From positions 1-64,000 of the IMG/VR virus record IMGVR_UViG_3300037608_000032: a stretch of DNA of 64,000 nt; one strand, written 5' to 3'. Made by a program: the position numbers and the translations under genes. Below are positions 16,981-27,296 of the stretch, in pieces; positions within the stretch are counted from its first letter, which is position 1; the number at the start of each line of letters is the position of its first letter. The notes beneath the pieces are model-generated. The model was not told the origin of the DNA. It did not search any database and worked only from the letters and a program-made list of their open reading frames with translations. This stretch comes from a virus.

Positions 16981-19224
16981 TTGGAATGGCTCCAATGCCT
17001 CAAGGCGTCCACCGTTCAAGATGTCGCCACGTCTCACCTCGGGCTCCGGTCCGGGAGACTTCGGACGCTCGGACCGTGCCCCGCGTGCGGAGCTGAGAAG
17101 CGCGGGGGTCAGGACTCGAGACTTCCTATCGGCATCGCCGGGGACGGTAGGGGCTGGCAGTGCCATGCGTGCGGCGTGCGCGGGGACGTTGTCGAGCTGG
17201 TCTGCCTGGCCGTGTGGAAGCGGTCCACGAAGGACATGACATCGGACGAATGGGGGCAGCTCCGGGAGTGGGCTATCCAGCGAGGCCTCGTGACCCGAGA
17301 CGAGGAACCTCGTCAGGGCAGGGGCGGGCGGAAAGCCTGGACACCTCCCCCGGCGATGTCAGCGCAGGCCCTACTGAATGGTGGCGGGCGACGGCTCCCG
17401 AGAAGCACGTCGGAAGCGAAGCACCGGACCGAAGACGAAGCCCCGCAAGAGTTGCCCGCACCTGCGGGGAGATTTTCATGGACGCCGACTCTGGTAGACG
17501 AGTGCGCGGTGGCCTTGTGGGGGGACTCGGTCCAGGCCAAGCAGGCCCGAGACTACCTCATGCTGGCCCGGTGTCTTAAGGAGACCGATATTCGAGAGTG
17601 GCGGCTTGGGGTCTACGTGGTCGATGGGGTGCCCGTGGTCAACGGCGCGGGGAGGCCCTACATCACGACGCCGCTCCCAGACCAGACGGGCAAGGCGGTC
17701 AACGTCCGGTTCCGGTCGGTTCCCATCGTGGGAACGTGTCCAGACTGTTCGTCGGTGTTCGGCTGTCGGAAGTGCAAGGAGTACCGAGTCTGCACGGGTA
17801 GGCCGTTGCCCTTGTTCGGGTCTCACCGGATGGTCGCTGACAAGGGCGTGCCGGTGCTCGTGACCGAGGGCGAGTTCGACGTGATCGCCATGTCCTCCTA
17901 CGGCTACCGGCAGAACGTCGTTAGCGGCACCGCCGGGGCCAAGACGATGAAGGAGGAGTGGTTAGACCAACTCGAACCCTACGAGACGATCTTCGGGCTC
18001 TATGACCAGGACGGGGACGGGGAAGAGGGCTGGAAGAAGCTGGTCGAAAAGATCGGGATCTACAAGTGCTCCCGCGTGGTGCTCCCGTGCAAGGACGCCA
18101 ACGAGTGCCTCTGGGAGGGGATCGCGCAAGCCGAGATTCAGCGGGCCATCGACGCCGCGAAGCCTGAGCACGGGATGAATTTCAGGCGGGTGGACTCGTT
18201 CTCGGAGGAAGTAGAGCAGCTCATCGACCATCCGGAATTACTGCGTGGAGTGCCGACGGGTTCCAAGAAACTGGACACCTTGTTAGGGGGGTGGAGGCCA
18301 GGAGTAGAGGTCATTATGGGGGAGAGTGGGCATGGCAAAACTAGCTGGGGAACCTGGGTTATTCTCCAACAGGCCAAAGCCGGGAATCCGGTCCTGATCA
18401 CGTCCTTCGAGCAACGTCCGATCGGCACGACCCAGAAGCTCCTGAGGATGCAGGTAGGTCGTGACTTCACGGCGGTCACGAAGGAAGACCGCCTGAACGC
18501 CATGCAGGCGCTCGGGGAGCTCCCCCTCTACATCCTGGACCACTACGGCAACATCCCGCCGGAGCAGATGATCGAGGCCATCCGGTACTGTCGGAGACGA
18601 CTCGGGATCCGGTTCTTCCTGATCGACCACCTTGGCTATCTCATCGACGACGGAGCCGAAGACGAGCGGCGTGCCATCGGGGCGATGATGAAGGCGCTGG
18701 CCATGGTCTCAAAGATCATGGGCGTGGTGATCTTCCTGATCGTCCACCCACGGAACGACTCGGTGAGCGACGGGAAGCGCTGGCAGCCGATGAACTACAC
18801 CCGCGCCAAGGGCTCGTCTTCGATTCGCCAGGAGTGCGACGAATTCCTGATCGTGGACAGGGACTACCCGGACCGCATCAAGGGCCAGAAGGTCAAGCGA
18901 CCGTGGCCACAGACTCGGGTGAGGACGGAGAAGATCCGGTCCGAGTTCGCCATCGGGGGCGGGGAGGTCGCGCTGGCCTTCGACCCTGGGTCCTGCTGCT
19001 ACGCCGACGACTGGGCAGACACGCCGTCGGGCAAGCTCGGGTTGCTTGTGCCCCGGGCGGCCGGGTACAAGGACTCGGACGACGACGACCGGGAGAAAAA
19101 GCCCCGCACGTCTACGGGCAGGACCATCGCCAGAGGAAAGAAGCCCGCACCTGAAGACGAGTCGCAACAGCAGGCGCTCGAAGAAGCGGGTGGGGCGGGC
19201 GCTGACGAGGACCTCGGGTTCTGA
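16981..19224 (+). CDS. primase-helicase (Zn finger + TOPRIM + SF4 helicase; T7 gp4/Twinkle-like)
   Basis: CPAC..CHAC, TEGEFD, YDQDGDG, KDANE, GESGHGKT, IDHL, IVHPR, KGSSSIRQ; start uncertain. Confidence 0.92.
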   Translation: MEWLQCLKASTVQDVATSHLGLRSGRLRTLGPCPACGAEKRGGQDSRLPIGIAGDGRGWQCHACGVRGDVVELVCLAVWKRSTKDMTSDEWGQLREWAIQRGLVTRDEEPRQGRGGRKAWTPPPAMSAQALLNGGGRRLPRSTSEAKHRTEDEAPQELPAPAGRFSWTPTLVDECAVALWGDSVQAKQARDYLMLARCLKETDIREWRLGVYVVDGVPVVNGAGRPYITTPLPDQTGKAVNVRFRSVPIVGTCPDCSSVFGCRKCKEYRVCTGRPLPLFGSHRMVADKGVPVLVTEGEFDVIAMSSYGYRQNVVSGTAGAKTMKEEWLDQLEPYETIFGLYDQDGDGEEGWKKLVEKIGIYKCSRVVLPCKDANECLWEGIAQAEIQRAIDAAKPEHGMNFRRVDSFSEEVEQLIDHPELLRGVPTGSKKLDTLLGGWRPGVEVIMGESGHGKTSWGTWVILQQAKAGNPVLITSFEQRPIGTTQKLLRMQVGRDFTAVTKEDRLNAMQALGELPLYILDHYGNIPPEQMIEAIRYCRRRLGIRFFLIDHLGYLIDDGAEDERRAIGAMMKALAMVSKIMGVVIFLIVHPRNDSVSDGKRWQPMNYTRAKGSSSIRQECDEFLIVDRDYPDRIKGQKVKRPWPQTRVRTEKIRSEFAIGGGEVALAFDPGSCCYADDWADTPSGKLGLLVPRAAGYKDSDDDDREKKPRTSTGRTIARGKKPAPEDESQQQALEEAGGAGADEDLGF

Positions 19225-19294
19225 CCCTGACGACGCCGAAGAGACAGGCTACTACCTCGCAGGCGTTACCATTTTCCATCACCAGGAGTTTCTC

Positions 19295-20242
19295 ATGCCA
19301 GTCATCGACCTCGACTTCAATGCCAGCAAGAATTCTGCCGAAGGGAAGGGGACCTTCAACCGATTCGGCGTCAAACGGGACGGCCGGGATGCGTCGGCTT
19401 TCGTCTACGACCTGTCCATCGTGTTCATGATCGCCAGTGTAGACGAGGCTCGTATCGTGGCAGGGCTTTTCCCCGGCGCTGCGGAAGACTATGTCAGGGC
19501 GACGGAACGCGACAACTGGAAGCGTCAGTCTCGCATCACGCCCGAAATCACCGGGGCCCTGGCGTCGCTGTTCAATGCTGAGACGGGCGAGTCACTCATC
19601 GAGGGCGGGGCCGAAGTCAAGGCGGTAGTGCTGCGGGCCTCCAAGCGGGCGGTGGCCATGACCGTGCAGCTTCAGATGGCAGGTCAGACGGCAGCGATGG
19701 CGTCGAAGCTGGCCTACGACCTGGCCAACGTGGTTTCCCTCAAGGTCACCGGCAGTCAGCAGGTGCTCCCGCTGTTCGGCGACAAGCCCAAGCCGGTCCT
19801 GGTTTCCATGGGCGGCATCGCCGTAGGAACGGACGCCGAAGGGGACACGGTATGGGGCCGCGTGGTTGACCAGGACCTGGAGACGGGCCGGTGCAAGCTC
19901 GACACCTTCGAGGACGAGGTCTTCGTGGAGCACGATACAGTCAGCGCCTGTTGGCCGCTGCTCCCCGGCGATGTGACCGAGAAGGCCCTCAAGAAGTTCG
20001 TCACGGCGTGCAAGAAGTCGAAGGCGGCCCCCAGCTACCGCGCCATCACGCTGGCCGTCGGAGAGTCCTACGCGGCGCACCAGCCAGCGGAAGGTGAGTT
20101 CATCCTGTCCCGGGAGATCGTCGCCAGGGCCGTGGAGTTCGCGAAGGACCCGGAAGGCGCGGGGGTGCTCCCGCCCGAGGCTGACGAGACCGACCCCGGG
20201 AACGTCGTGGATTTCGGATCGGTGAAGGTCGCTCAGGCATAG
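19295..20242 (+). CDS. hypothetical protein
   Basis: CAGGAG RBS, GGCTACTAC upstream, terminator downstream. Confidence 0.8.
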   Translation: MPVIDLDFNASKNSAEGKGTFNRFGVKRDGRDASAFVYDLSIVFMIASVDEARIVAGLFPGAAEDYVRATERDNWKRQSRITPEITGALASLFNAETGESLIEGGAEVKAVVLRASKRAVAMTVQLQMAGQTAAMASKLAYDLANVVSLKVTGSQQVLPLFGDKPKPVLVSMGGIAVGTDAEGDTVWGRVVDQDLETGRCKLDTFEDEVFVEHDTVSACWPLLPGDVTEKALKKFVTACKKSKAAPSYRAITLAVGESYAAHQPAEGEFILSREIVARAVEFAKDPEGAGVLPPEADETDPGNVVDFGSVKVAQA

Positions 20243-20269
20243 TATTGTCCGGTCCTCTGGACCACTCAC

Positions 20270-20308
20270 GAAGGGCGCGCCTAATGGTGGGTGCGCCCTT
20301 CATTTTTG
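20270..20308 (+). terminator. intrinsic terminator
   Basis: GAAGGGCGCGCC...GGTGCGCCCTTC stem then ATTTTT. Confidence 0.8.
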
Positions 20309-20375
20309 GGGCGTTTCCGGTTTTGCGGAGAAAAAGCAGGATGCGGCTACTGCTGCGAGAAAGGGAGCAACCACG

Positions 20376-22673
20376 ATGCACGAGATAGCCAAGCAGGCCA
20401 TGGACCCCGCTGGAAAGCCGTTGCGGGCGCTGGTAGAAGAGTTCTACGGACCCACCGGGCCGCTCGCTGAGATGGGGTGGGAGATTAGATCGCAACAGGT
20501 GCAGATGTCTTTGGGCATCGTGGACCTGGTTGAGGCCCGCGCGAAGTCGGGGCGAGACGAAGAAGGCAACTTCATCTCACGAATTCCTCAATGGGGGTTC
20601 GTGGAAGCTCCTTGCGGTACGGGTAAAGGCCTGGCCTACGGTGTGCCGGGCGTGCTCATGGCGCTGAGGGCCAAGGTGGTCTTCAACGCGGCCGTGGCCA
20701 GGGCGAAGAAGGCGGGGACGCGAGTCCCGACTGAGCCCCCGAAGCTCCTGGTCTCCACGGCGAACATCGCGCTGCAGGAGCAGCTCGTCAAGAAGGACTT
20801 TCCTGCGTTGGCGAGGATGCTCGGGATCGAGGACGTGTTGAAGGTCGTACTTCTCAAGTCCCGACAGAACTACCTTTGCCGATACAAGATCCGGGCGCTC
20901 GGTGGGGAGCTCATCGCCGACGAAGAGATCGCGAAGCTCCTTCGGTGGTCTCGCCTTCCCGAGTGCTCCGGGGACAAGGAAGACCTGACCTGGGACTCTG
21001 GATGGCGATGGCAGGAGATGGCCGCTGGGTCGGACGAATGCACCGGGGACGCCTGCGCTCACTTCACCGAGAAGGACGAGCCCGACGCGCCGAAGCTCTG
21101 TTTCTGGCGACGGGCGATCCGGGGCTACCTGACGGCTCATGTCGTCGTCACGAACCACCATTATCTGTGCGTGGCCGGGAAGCTCCAGACGTGCCTGCTG
21201 GCCGTGGACGAGTCGCATGACCTGGAGGACTGCCTTCGGTCTACGGCGACGGGTCAGGTCACGCCGTTCTCAGGCAAGACGCTGGCGGGCAGGGTCCGGG
21301 TAGCGGGCCTGTCCGAGGACGAAGCCAAGGCAGCGGTAGACCGGCCGGTGAAGTGGCTCATGGACCGCGCTGCGGAATGGGTGGACGCCCAGCAGATTCC
21401 GGGCCAGCCGGCCCAGGACATGCTCAAGATGGTGCCGGGCTGGCTCGGAGCTGACCAGCCGGAAGCCGAGCGGTACGCCAACGGGCTGGAAGACCTCCTC
21501 GGAGATGTCGCCAAGGCCTGCTTCGCCTTCGGGTGCTCTCAGTTCCATCCGCGCGTGATGAAGCCTCCGAAGTTCGACGATTCTGAGGTATCGGACAAGG
21601 GCGGCAAGCTCGCGAAGACATGGGAGCAGCTCCTGGCGCTCTCCGAGCGATACCGCGCCGTCATCAACGCGGAGCCCTGCACGGAATGGCCGGGGTGCGA
21701 TGATCCGTGGGCGTTCTGGTTCGAGCAAGTACGGGGCAAGACCGGAGAAATCAGAGTCAACGCCAAGATGTCACCGGCGGACGTGTCTTGGGCGACGTCG
21801 GACATGGCAGCGAAGTACCCGCTGGCCGTGTTCACGACTGCAACGATGCCGGACTACGAGCCCCAGCGGATCGCGCTTGGATTCGGGACCCGGACCGACG
21901 ACGAAGGCAAGAAGATCGGCGCACCTGTTCCGACTTTTGAGACCAGACTCCCATCCCCGTTTCCGCTCGCCGAGCAGGGCGTCTTGGTTGTGCCTCAAGG
22001 GCCGGAGCCGAATGACGTCGCATGGCCGGAGTGGGCGACCCGGCAGGTAGTCGAGACCGTCAAGCTGGCCGGCGGTGGGGTGCTCGTATTGGCGTCCTCG
22101 ATGCGTCAGATGAATGCCTATGCCACGGCGCTTCGGAACGCAGCGTCAGGCCAGCCGTGGGACGTGCGGGTTCAGGGCGAGTCAGGCCGGGCGGAATTGC
22201 GGAACTGGTTCCGAGACGACCGAGACGGGGTGCTCGTAGCCACGCGGTCCTTCTTCCAGGGCCTGGATGTCCAGGGGGACTCGTGCAGGTGCGTCGTGAT
22301 TGACCGCGTGCCGTTCGCACGTCCGGATGACCCGATGGAGGAAGCTGTGGGGAAGCTCCTGGTGAGCCGGGCGCTCGACAACGGGCTGGACTCACCGTCG
22401 GCCTACACTTTGAGGTCCATCCCGCAAGCGGCGATGGTGCTGGCACAAGGGGCGGGTAGGCTGATCCGAAGCCAGACAGACCGCGGCGTAGTGGTCCTGC
22501 TCGACAACCGGGTCTTGAAGTTCGGGATCGGCTGGCAGACCCTGAAAGCCGCGCTACCCCCTTTCCCGATGTCCCGAGACCTTCGAGACGTCGCTAACCA
22601 GCTCGCCGGCAGACCGCTGGCGGGTGTTGCCCAGGCCCCACGGGGTAGGGTGTTGAGACGAGGTGCAGCTTGA
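20376..22673 (+). CDS. DinG/YoaA-family helicase
   Basis: RSQQ Q-motif, EAPCGTGK, STANIALQEQL, Fe-S cysteines, DESH, QGAGRLIR, LDNR. Confidence 0.92.
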   Translation: MHEIAKQAMDPAGKPLRALVEEFYGPTGPLAEMGWEIRSQQVQMSLGIVDLVEARAKSGRDEEGNFISRIPQWGFVEAPCGTGKGLAYGVPGVLMALRAKVVFNAAVARAKKAGTRVPTEPPKLLVSTANIALQEQLVKKDFPALARMLGIEDVLKVVLLKSRQNYLCRYKIRALGGELIADEEIAKLLRWSRLPECSGDKEDLTWDSGWRWQEMAAGSDECTGDACAHFTEKDEPDAPKLCFWRRAIRGYLTAHVVVTNHHYLCVAGKLQTCLLAVDESHDLEDCLRSTATGQVTPFSGKTLAGRVRVAGLSEDEAKAAVDRPVKWLMDRAAEWVDAQQIPGQPAQDMLKMVPGWLGADQPEAERYANGLEDLLGDVAKACFAFGCSQFHPRVMKPPKFDDSEVSDKGGKLAKTWEQLLALSERYRAVINAEPCTEWPGCDDPWAFWFEQVRGKTGEIRVNAKMSPADVSWATSDMAAKYPLAVFTTATMPDYEPQRIALGFGTRTDDEGKKIGAPVPTFETRLPSPFPLAEQGVLVVPQGPEPNDVAWPEWATRQVVETVKLAGGGVLVLASSMRQMNAYATALRNAASGQPWDVRVQGESGRAELRNWFRDDRDGVLVATRSFFQGLDVQGDSCRCVVIDRVPFARPDDPMEEAVGKLLVSRALDNGLDSPSAYTLRSIPQAAMVLAQGAGRLIRSQTDRGVVVLLDNRVLKFGIGWQTLKAALPPFPMSRDLRDVANQLAGRPLAGVAQAPRGRVLRRGAA

Positions 22674-22966
22674 CCGACCGACCGACCATCATCACCCTTG
22701 ACCCTACGACCCTGAAGGACAGCCTCCAGACCGACCCCGCGCTGCTGGCCTTGATGGACCGAGGGTACTCCATCGCCAGTACGTTGATCGTCCAGGACGG
22801 GGAGGAAGGGAGGGGACGCCTTGGGCTGATCCTCGTGCCGCCAGCCCAGCCCCCGCCTACTCCGGCGCTGTCTTGGCCTACCTGGACGCCTTGGGCCGTC
22901 GGGCTGGCCTTGGGGCTCCTGGGGGCCTTGGTGGCTCTGCTGTCGGTGTTGGTGGCTCGTGCCTGA
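22670..22966 (+). CDS. small membrane protein
   Basis: C-terminal hydrophobic helix; coupled on both sides. Confidence 0.65.
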   Translation: MTDRPTIITLDPTTLKDSLQTDPALLALMDRGYSIASTLIVQDGEEGRGRLGLILVPPAQPPPTPALSWPTWTPWAVGLALGLLGALVALLSVLVARA

Positions 22967-23648
22967 CCCTCGGTACCTCGACAAGGCCACGGACGCCGAA
23001 TGGCCGACGCGCATGCCACCTTCCGTCTTGGGGGACTGGCAGGCCTTGACGAAGTGGCTGGCAGGGGTGTCTCCCGAGTACCGGGCCCGCGTCGTGTCCC
23101 TCTGCATCGAGCTGGATCTGGAGGCCGGGCGGGTGGCCTACCGGGACGCCATGGCGGCCGGAGAGCGGTTCAAGGCCGACCTGATCAAGCGCAACGGGCC
23201 GGCCGTGGTGGCCAGCGCCAAGGTCCTGTCGGCCTCGGTCGGTCGGGCCATGGACGCGCTGACGACGTGGCGGGCGGTGGGCTTGGCGGCGGTCCGGGCG
23301 ACGGAACAGGCCCGGCAAGACCTGGAGGTCTTCAGGTGGGTCCGGGCGTCGTTCGTGAGAGTTGCTCGCACATGGAGCGATGTATCTGCGGCGAAGGGGG
23401 AGGGGATGACGAGGGACGACACGCCTGCGGGTGTGGCCAAGGCCCGTCGGGAGTTCGAGGACGAACAGCGCCGGAAGCGCGGGGCTGGCGCGAAGGATGA
23501 CGATGTGCTCGTGAGCACAGCGCCGGTGAAGGACGCCTACATTGCCGAAGAGACGGCCAACCAGGCGAAGCGAGACCGGGCAGACGCCGAAGACCGGGCG
23601 AAGGCTACTACGAAGTCCACGCCAAAGGGCGGACTGTTCGGAGGTTGA
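22959..23648 (+). CDS. hypothetical protein
   Basis: Helical ORF in operon; ends GGLFGG. Confidence 0.7.
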   Translation: MPDPRYLDKATDAEWPTRMPPSVLGDWQALTKWLAGVSPEYRARVVSLCIELDLEAGRVAYRDAMAAGERFKADLIKRNGPAVVASAKVLSASVGRAMDALTTWRAVGLAAVRATEQARQDLEVFRWVRASFVRVARTWSDVSAAKGEGMTRDDTPAGVAKARREFEDEQRRKRGAGAKDDDVLVSTAPVKDAYIAEETANQAKRDRADAEDRAKATTKSTPKGGLFGG

Positions 23649-23650
23649 CC

Positions 23651-24103
23651 GTGCTTCACCTGACTTGCTGGGGGCCGAAGGGCCTGAGATATCTAGGACA
23701 TGGACGTGCCTTGACCATCATGGCCCTGCCCCGCCAGTGGGAGGTTGGTGACGGCTCGGTGACGGTGCTTGTCCCTTCCGGCGATGTGATCCGCATGATG
23801 CGGGCAGCGCTGGACGCGCGCAAGAACCCGCTCTTCGCTGGACGCGAGCCCTTGAACCGCTATCAGGCGGTCTACGAGGCTGGGCTTCAAGGTGTGCTGG
23901 ACGCGGGGCAGCTCGCACCCGGAAAACTGATGGCCCGGACAGGGCTGCACAGGTTCCCGGTCGCTGATGGAGACTCCCTGATGTGCGCGTGTCAACCGGG
24001 GGAAGAGTGCCACCGTCAGTGGGCCGCTCGGTTCTTGATGCGTGCCGGTTGGCGGGTTTCGTTGGACGGACAGGAGTTGACTTCATGTGCAAGCAACTTG
24101 TGA
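23651..24103 (+). CDS. DUF488-like protein
   Basis: LMCACQPGEECHR motif; GGAGG RBS. Confidence 0.6.
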   Translation: MLHLTCWGPKGLRYLGHGRALTIMALPRQWEVGDGSVTVLVPSGDVIRMMRAALDARKNPLFAGREPLNRYQAVYEAGLQGVLDAGQLAPGKLMARTGLHRFPVADGDSLMCACQPGEECHRQWAARFLMRAGWRVSLDGQELTSCASNL

Positions 24104-24164
24104 GACTTCCGGTGTTCGTGGCTTTCGGGGTGTGCCTGCTGATGGTCGCTTGGTGGAGAACGAG

Positions 24165-25643
24165 GTGAGAGACATCGTGGCGGTGGACCTGTTCGCGGGA
24201 GGCGGGGGTGCTTCGGAGGGGATGCGCAGGGCTGGGGGGAACGTCGTGATCGCGGTCGACCATGACCCGGCTTCGATCTTGATGCACACGGCGAACCATC
24301 CAGAAACGATCCACTTTGAGAAGTCGGTCTTTGAGGTTTCGCCGAATGTCGTAGGCCGGAAGGTGGACCTGCTCTGGGCATCGCCGGACTGCACGCATTT
24401 TCCCAGAGCGAAGGGCGGCAAGCCTCGAAAGAAGGAGATTCGGGATCTCGCATGGGTCGTTGTCGAGTGGGCGCAAGCCGTCCGACCGGACGTAATTTGC
24501 ATGGAAAATGTGCAGGAATTCCTGACGTGGGGCCCCCTGGACGAAGAGGGCCAGCCCATCAAAAAGCAGGCAGGCGAGACGTTTCAGGTCTTCGTGGCTC
24601 GGCTTCGGTTGCTCGGGTATCGCGTAGACTGGCGCGTCCTGTGCGCGGCTGACTACGGAGCCCCCACTTCGAGACGACGGCTCTTTCTGGTTGCTCGGGG
24701 CGATGGAGAGCCCGTGGTCTGGCCGGAGCCGACGCACGGTAAGGGACGCGAGTCCTACCGGACGGCTGCGGAGTGCATTGACTGGTCTTTGCTGTGCCCC
24801 TCGATATTCGAGCGCAAGAAGCCGCTGGCTGAGGCGACACAACGCCGCATCGCCGAAGGGGTGCGACGGTACGTCCTGGAGGCGGCTCACCCGTTCCTGG
24901 TACGGTACAATTCTGAGCATCCTGGACAACGACCGCGCGTGGAGTCGGTAGACGACGTATTCCCGACGGTGACGACCGAGAACCGGTTCGGACTGGTCAT
25001 ACCTTCCCTGAACCATCACCGGGGGAAGTCGGTGGGCAGAAAGATCGATGCACCTGCACCGACTATTACCGCGTCGTTCGGTGGGCACCTGGGGCTTGTG
25101 TCGGCGTTCCTGGCGAAGCACTACGGCGGACCGAACGGGTATCAGAATCGGGGTCTCGCAGTAGACGAGCCTCTCGGTACGGTGACGGCCGTTGACCATC
25201 ATGGCCTCGTCGCAGTCTTCCTCGACAAGCTCCACGGGTCTGCACTGGCAGGCCAACCCATCGACATTCCAGCACTGACGGTGACGACTGGCGGTGGACG
25301 TGGTGGTGGTCATGCTGCGTTGGTCGCGGTGTTCCTGACGAAGTTCTACGGGCAGGGCTCGCAGGCTCAATGCGTAGGGGCGCCGCTCGATACCATCGTC
25401 TCGAAGGACCGCTTCGGGCTCGTGTTCGTGACGCTGGACGGTGAGTCCTACGTCCTGGCTGACATCGGCATGCGGATGCTCCAGCCCCGCGAGTTGGCCC
25501 GTGCTCAAGGGTTCCAGGATTCCTACATTCTGACCGGGACGAAGGCTCAACAGGTAGCCAGGATCGGGAACTCGGTGCCGCCCGCTGTGGTGGTTGCCGT
25601 GGTTCGTGCCCAATTCGGGAGACGGACGAAGAAGGGGACGTAG
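24165..25643 (+). CDS. DNA cytosine-5 methyltransferase
   Basis: DLFAGGGG, WASPDC, ENV, DYGAPTSRRRLF, RELARAQGF, IGNSV. Confidence 0.95.
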   Translation: MRDIVAVDLFAGGGGASEGMRRAGGNVVIAVDHDPASILMHTANHPETIHFEKSVFEVSPNVVGRKVDLLWASPDCTHFPRAKGGKPRKKEIRDLAWVVVEWAQAVRPDVICMENVQEFLTWGPLDEEGQPIKKQAGETFQVFVARLRLLGYRVDWRVLCAADYGAPTSRRRLFLVARGDGEPVVWPEPTHGKGRESYRTAAECIDWSLLCPSIFERKKPLAEATQRRIAEGVRRYVLEAAHPFLVRYNSEHPGQRPRVESVDDVFPTVTTENRFGLVIPSLNHHRGKSVGRKIDAPAPTITASFGGHLGLVSAFLAKHYGGPNGYQNRGLAVDEPLGTVTAVDHHGLVAVFLDKLHGSALAGQPIDIPALTVTTGGGRGGGHAALVAVFLTKFYGQGSQAQCVGAPLDTIVSKDRFGLVFVTLDGESYVLADIGMRMLQPRELARAQGFQDSYILTGTKAQQVARIGNSVPPAVVVAVVRAQFGRRTKKGT

Positions 25644-25681
25644 GGGCTACTACGTCAGCGAACCTTCACCAAGGGAAGCTG

Positions 25682-25882
25682 ATGGGACAAGGAGCGATTG
25701 CCGCGTTGTTGTTGCTGGGCATGGAACCGACAGAAGCCGAGATGTTCCATGCCCTCGGGGACAAGCAGGAGACTTTCCTGAACGGCTGGACCATCCGAAG
25801 GTGCATGGACTGCGGGAAGCCTGTTGCAGGTGGTCCTACTCGATGCGTTCTCTGTGCTGACATTGCTGGGGGTGAGGGGTGA
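25682..25882 (+). CDS. small zinc-finger protein
   Basis: CMDC..CVLC; GGCTACTAC upstream. Confidence 0.65.
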   Translation: MGQGAIAALLLLGMEPTEAEMFHALGDKQETFLNGWTIRRCMDCGKPVAGGPTRCVLCADIAGGEG

Positions 25883-26385
25883 AAGCTCTCACGCTCTGGC
25901 CTGAGTGGCTGTTCGCTATCCTGTACCTCGGGAAGCGGATCGAGAACAGGCCTCGGTCTCCGAAGTGGTACGGGCTTCAACCGGGAGACTGGTTCGCCCT
26001 GCACGCGGGGGTCAACAGGCCGACGCTTCAGCGGATCTCCGACGTCGGGGACATGGCGCTGAGGGCCGGAGTGCGAGGGATGACCTTCAAGGCCGACGGG
26101 AGTATCAAGTACGAGGGGCAGGTGCTCTCGCGTGAGACGTGCCCCTTGGGCGTCATCCCGGCGATGGCCCGTCTCGGTTCTGCGTGCCTCGGGTTCGCTC
26201 GCCCATGGGGCGTCGAAGACCAGTGGCAGTGGTCGCTTGACGAGGTGCGGGTGCTCCCGGAGCCGGTCTCATGCAAGGGCCATCAAGGCGGGTGGTTCGT
26301 GCCTGATGAAGTAGAGGCTCGCATCCGCAAGCAACTTCCGAGCCTGCCAGGGCTCCACGGCGAGCAAGGGGGCTTCTTCGGGTAG
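25879..26385 (+). CDS. ASCH-domain protein
   Basis: KALTLWPEW..GKRIENR, ALHAG, PVSCKGHQGGW. Confidence 0.85.
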   Translation: MKALTLWPEWLFAILYLGKRIENRPRSPKWYGLQPGDWFALHAGVNRPTLQRISDVGDMALRAGVRGMTFKADGSIKYEGQVLSRETCPLGVIPAMARLGSACLGFARPWGVEDQWQWSLDEVRVLPEPVSCKGHQGGWFVPDEVEARIRKQLPSLPGLHGEQGGFFG

Positions 26386-26483
26386 GTACGCACCGCCACC
26401 CGTGAAAAGTCCTTGCAGGTGTGGTATCTTTTCGGAGCAGGGACGAAAGACGGTACGAAAGTACGAGCCCCCGAAGGATCAGG

Positions 26484-27257
26484 ATGACCGAGATCGAACC
26501 ACAATCGAAGCAACTCGCGAAAAGAGGCGGTGAAACCTCCAACGCGCATCGGGCCTTCCTTTTGTGGCTCATGCAGGACCCTGGAAAGAAAGGGGCACGG
26601 ACGAATACCGCGACCGCCAAGGCAGTAAAGAAGACCGAAGGAGCAGTTAGAAAGTGGCGTATCGCGTTCGAGTGGGACGAACGGGCGCGGGTTCTTGGGC
26701 TCGGTGCTGATGCGATGGCCGCGCGGGTCTATGCCGAGAAGTACCCTGGCAAGGGGCCGGTGGAAGTCTCGCGGATAATCCACTTGATGAGCGTGCAATT
26801 CGTGAGGGAGGACGGGACGGTGCCGGAACCTGTGCCGCAACCTCCACCCGAGCCAGCGATACCGCTTGAACGGCAACGAGACGCCAAGGCAGAAGACGCG
26901 CGGAACGTCGCGAAACGACGGATGACCCTGATTCTGGACGCCGCAGAAGGTACGCTGGCCAAGGCGCTCCAAGACGGCAAGGCCAGGGTCAACATCGCGG
27001 ACCTGGCCATCGTTCAGAAGCTTCGGCGTGACCTACAAGACGGACCGACCGCAGCCCAGATCAAGGACCCGCTGGCGACGTCGGTTCGAGTCGAGGAAGC
27101 CGTGAAGCGTGGAGCTGACTGGAACGAGGCTCTACAGGAAGACCTGGAGGAGATGGGGTTGATACTCGGGATTCTCCGGACTTCTACCGAGGTATCGAAC
27201 GTCCTACCCTTTCCTGGCGGCCGGCCGGTGCTGGAGAAGGTGGCAAGCGGGGAGTAG
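26484..27257 (+). CDS. putative terminase small subunit (HTH + coiled coil)
   Basis: AFLLWL..RTNTATAKAVKKTEGAVRKWRIAFEWDERA HTH pattern seen in TerS proteins; promoter-like GTGAAA-17-TATCTT upstream. Confidence 0.55.
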   Translation: MTEIEPQSKQLAKRGGETSNAHRAFLLWLMQDPGKKGARTNTATAKAVKKTEGAVRKWRIAFEWDERARVLGLGADAMAARVYAEKYPGKGPVEVSRIIHLMSVQFVREDGTVPEPVPQPPPEPAIPLERQRDAKAEDARNVAKRRMTLILDAAEGTLAKALQDGKARVNIADLAIVQKLRRDLQDGPTAAQIKDPLATSVRVEEAVKRGADWNEALQEDLEEMGLILGILRTSTEVSNVLPFPGGRPVLEKVASGE

Positions 27258-27296
27258 GGGCTACTACTTCGGTGAACCCAACCCCAGGAGTGGAGC

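Noticed and set aside
23718-25613. 631-aa minus-strand ORF
   Set aside because: Shadow of the C5 methylase in GC-rich DNA; no motifs.
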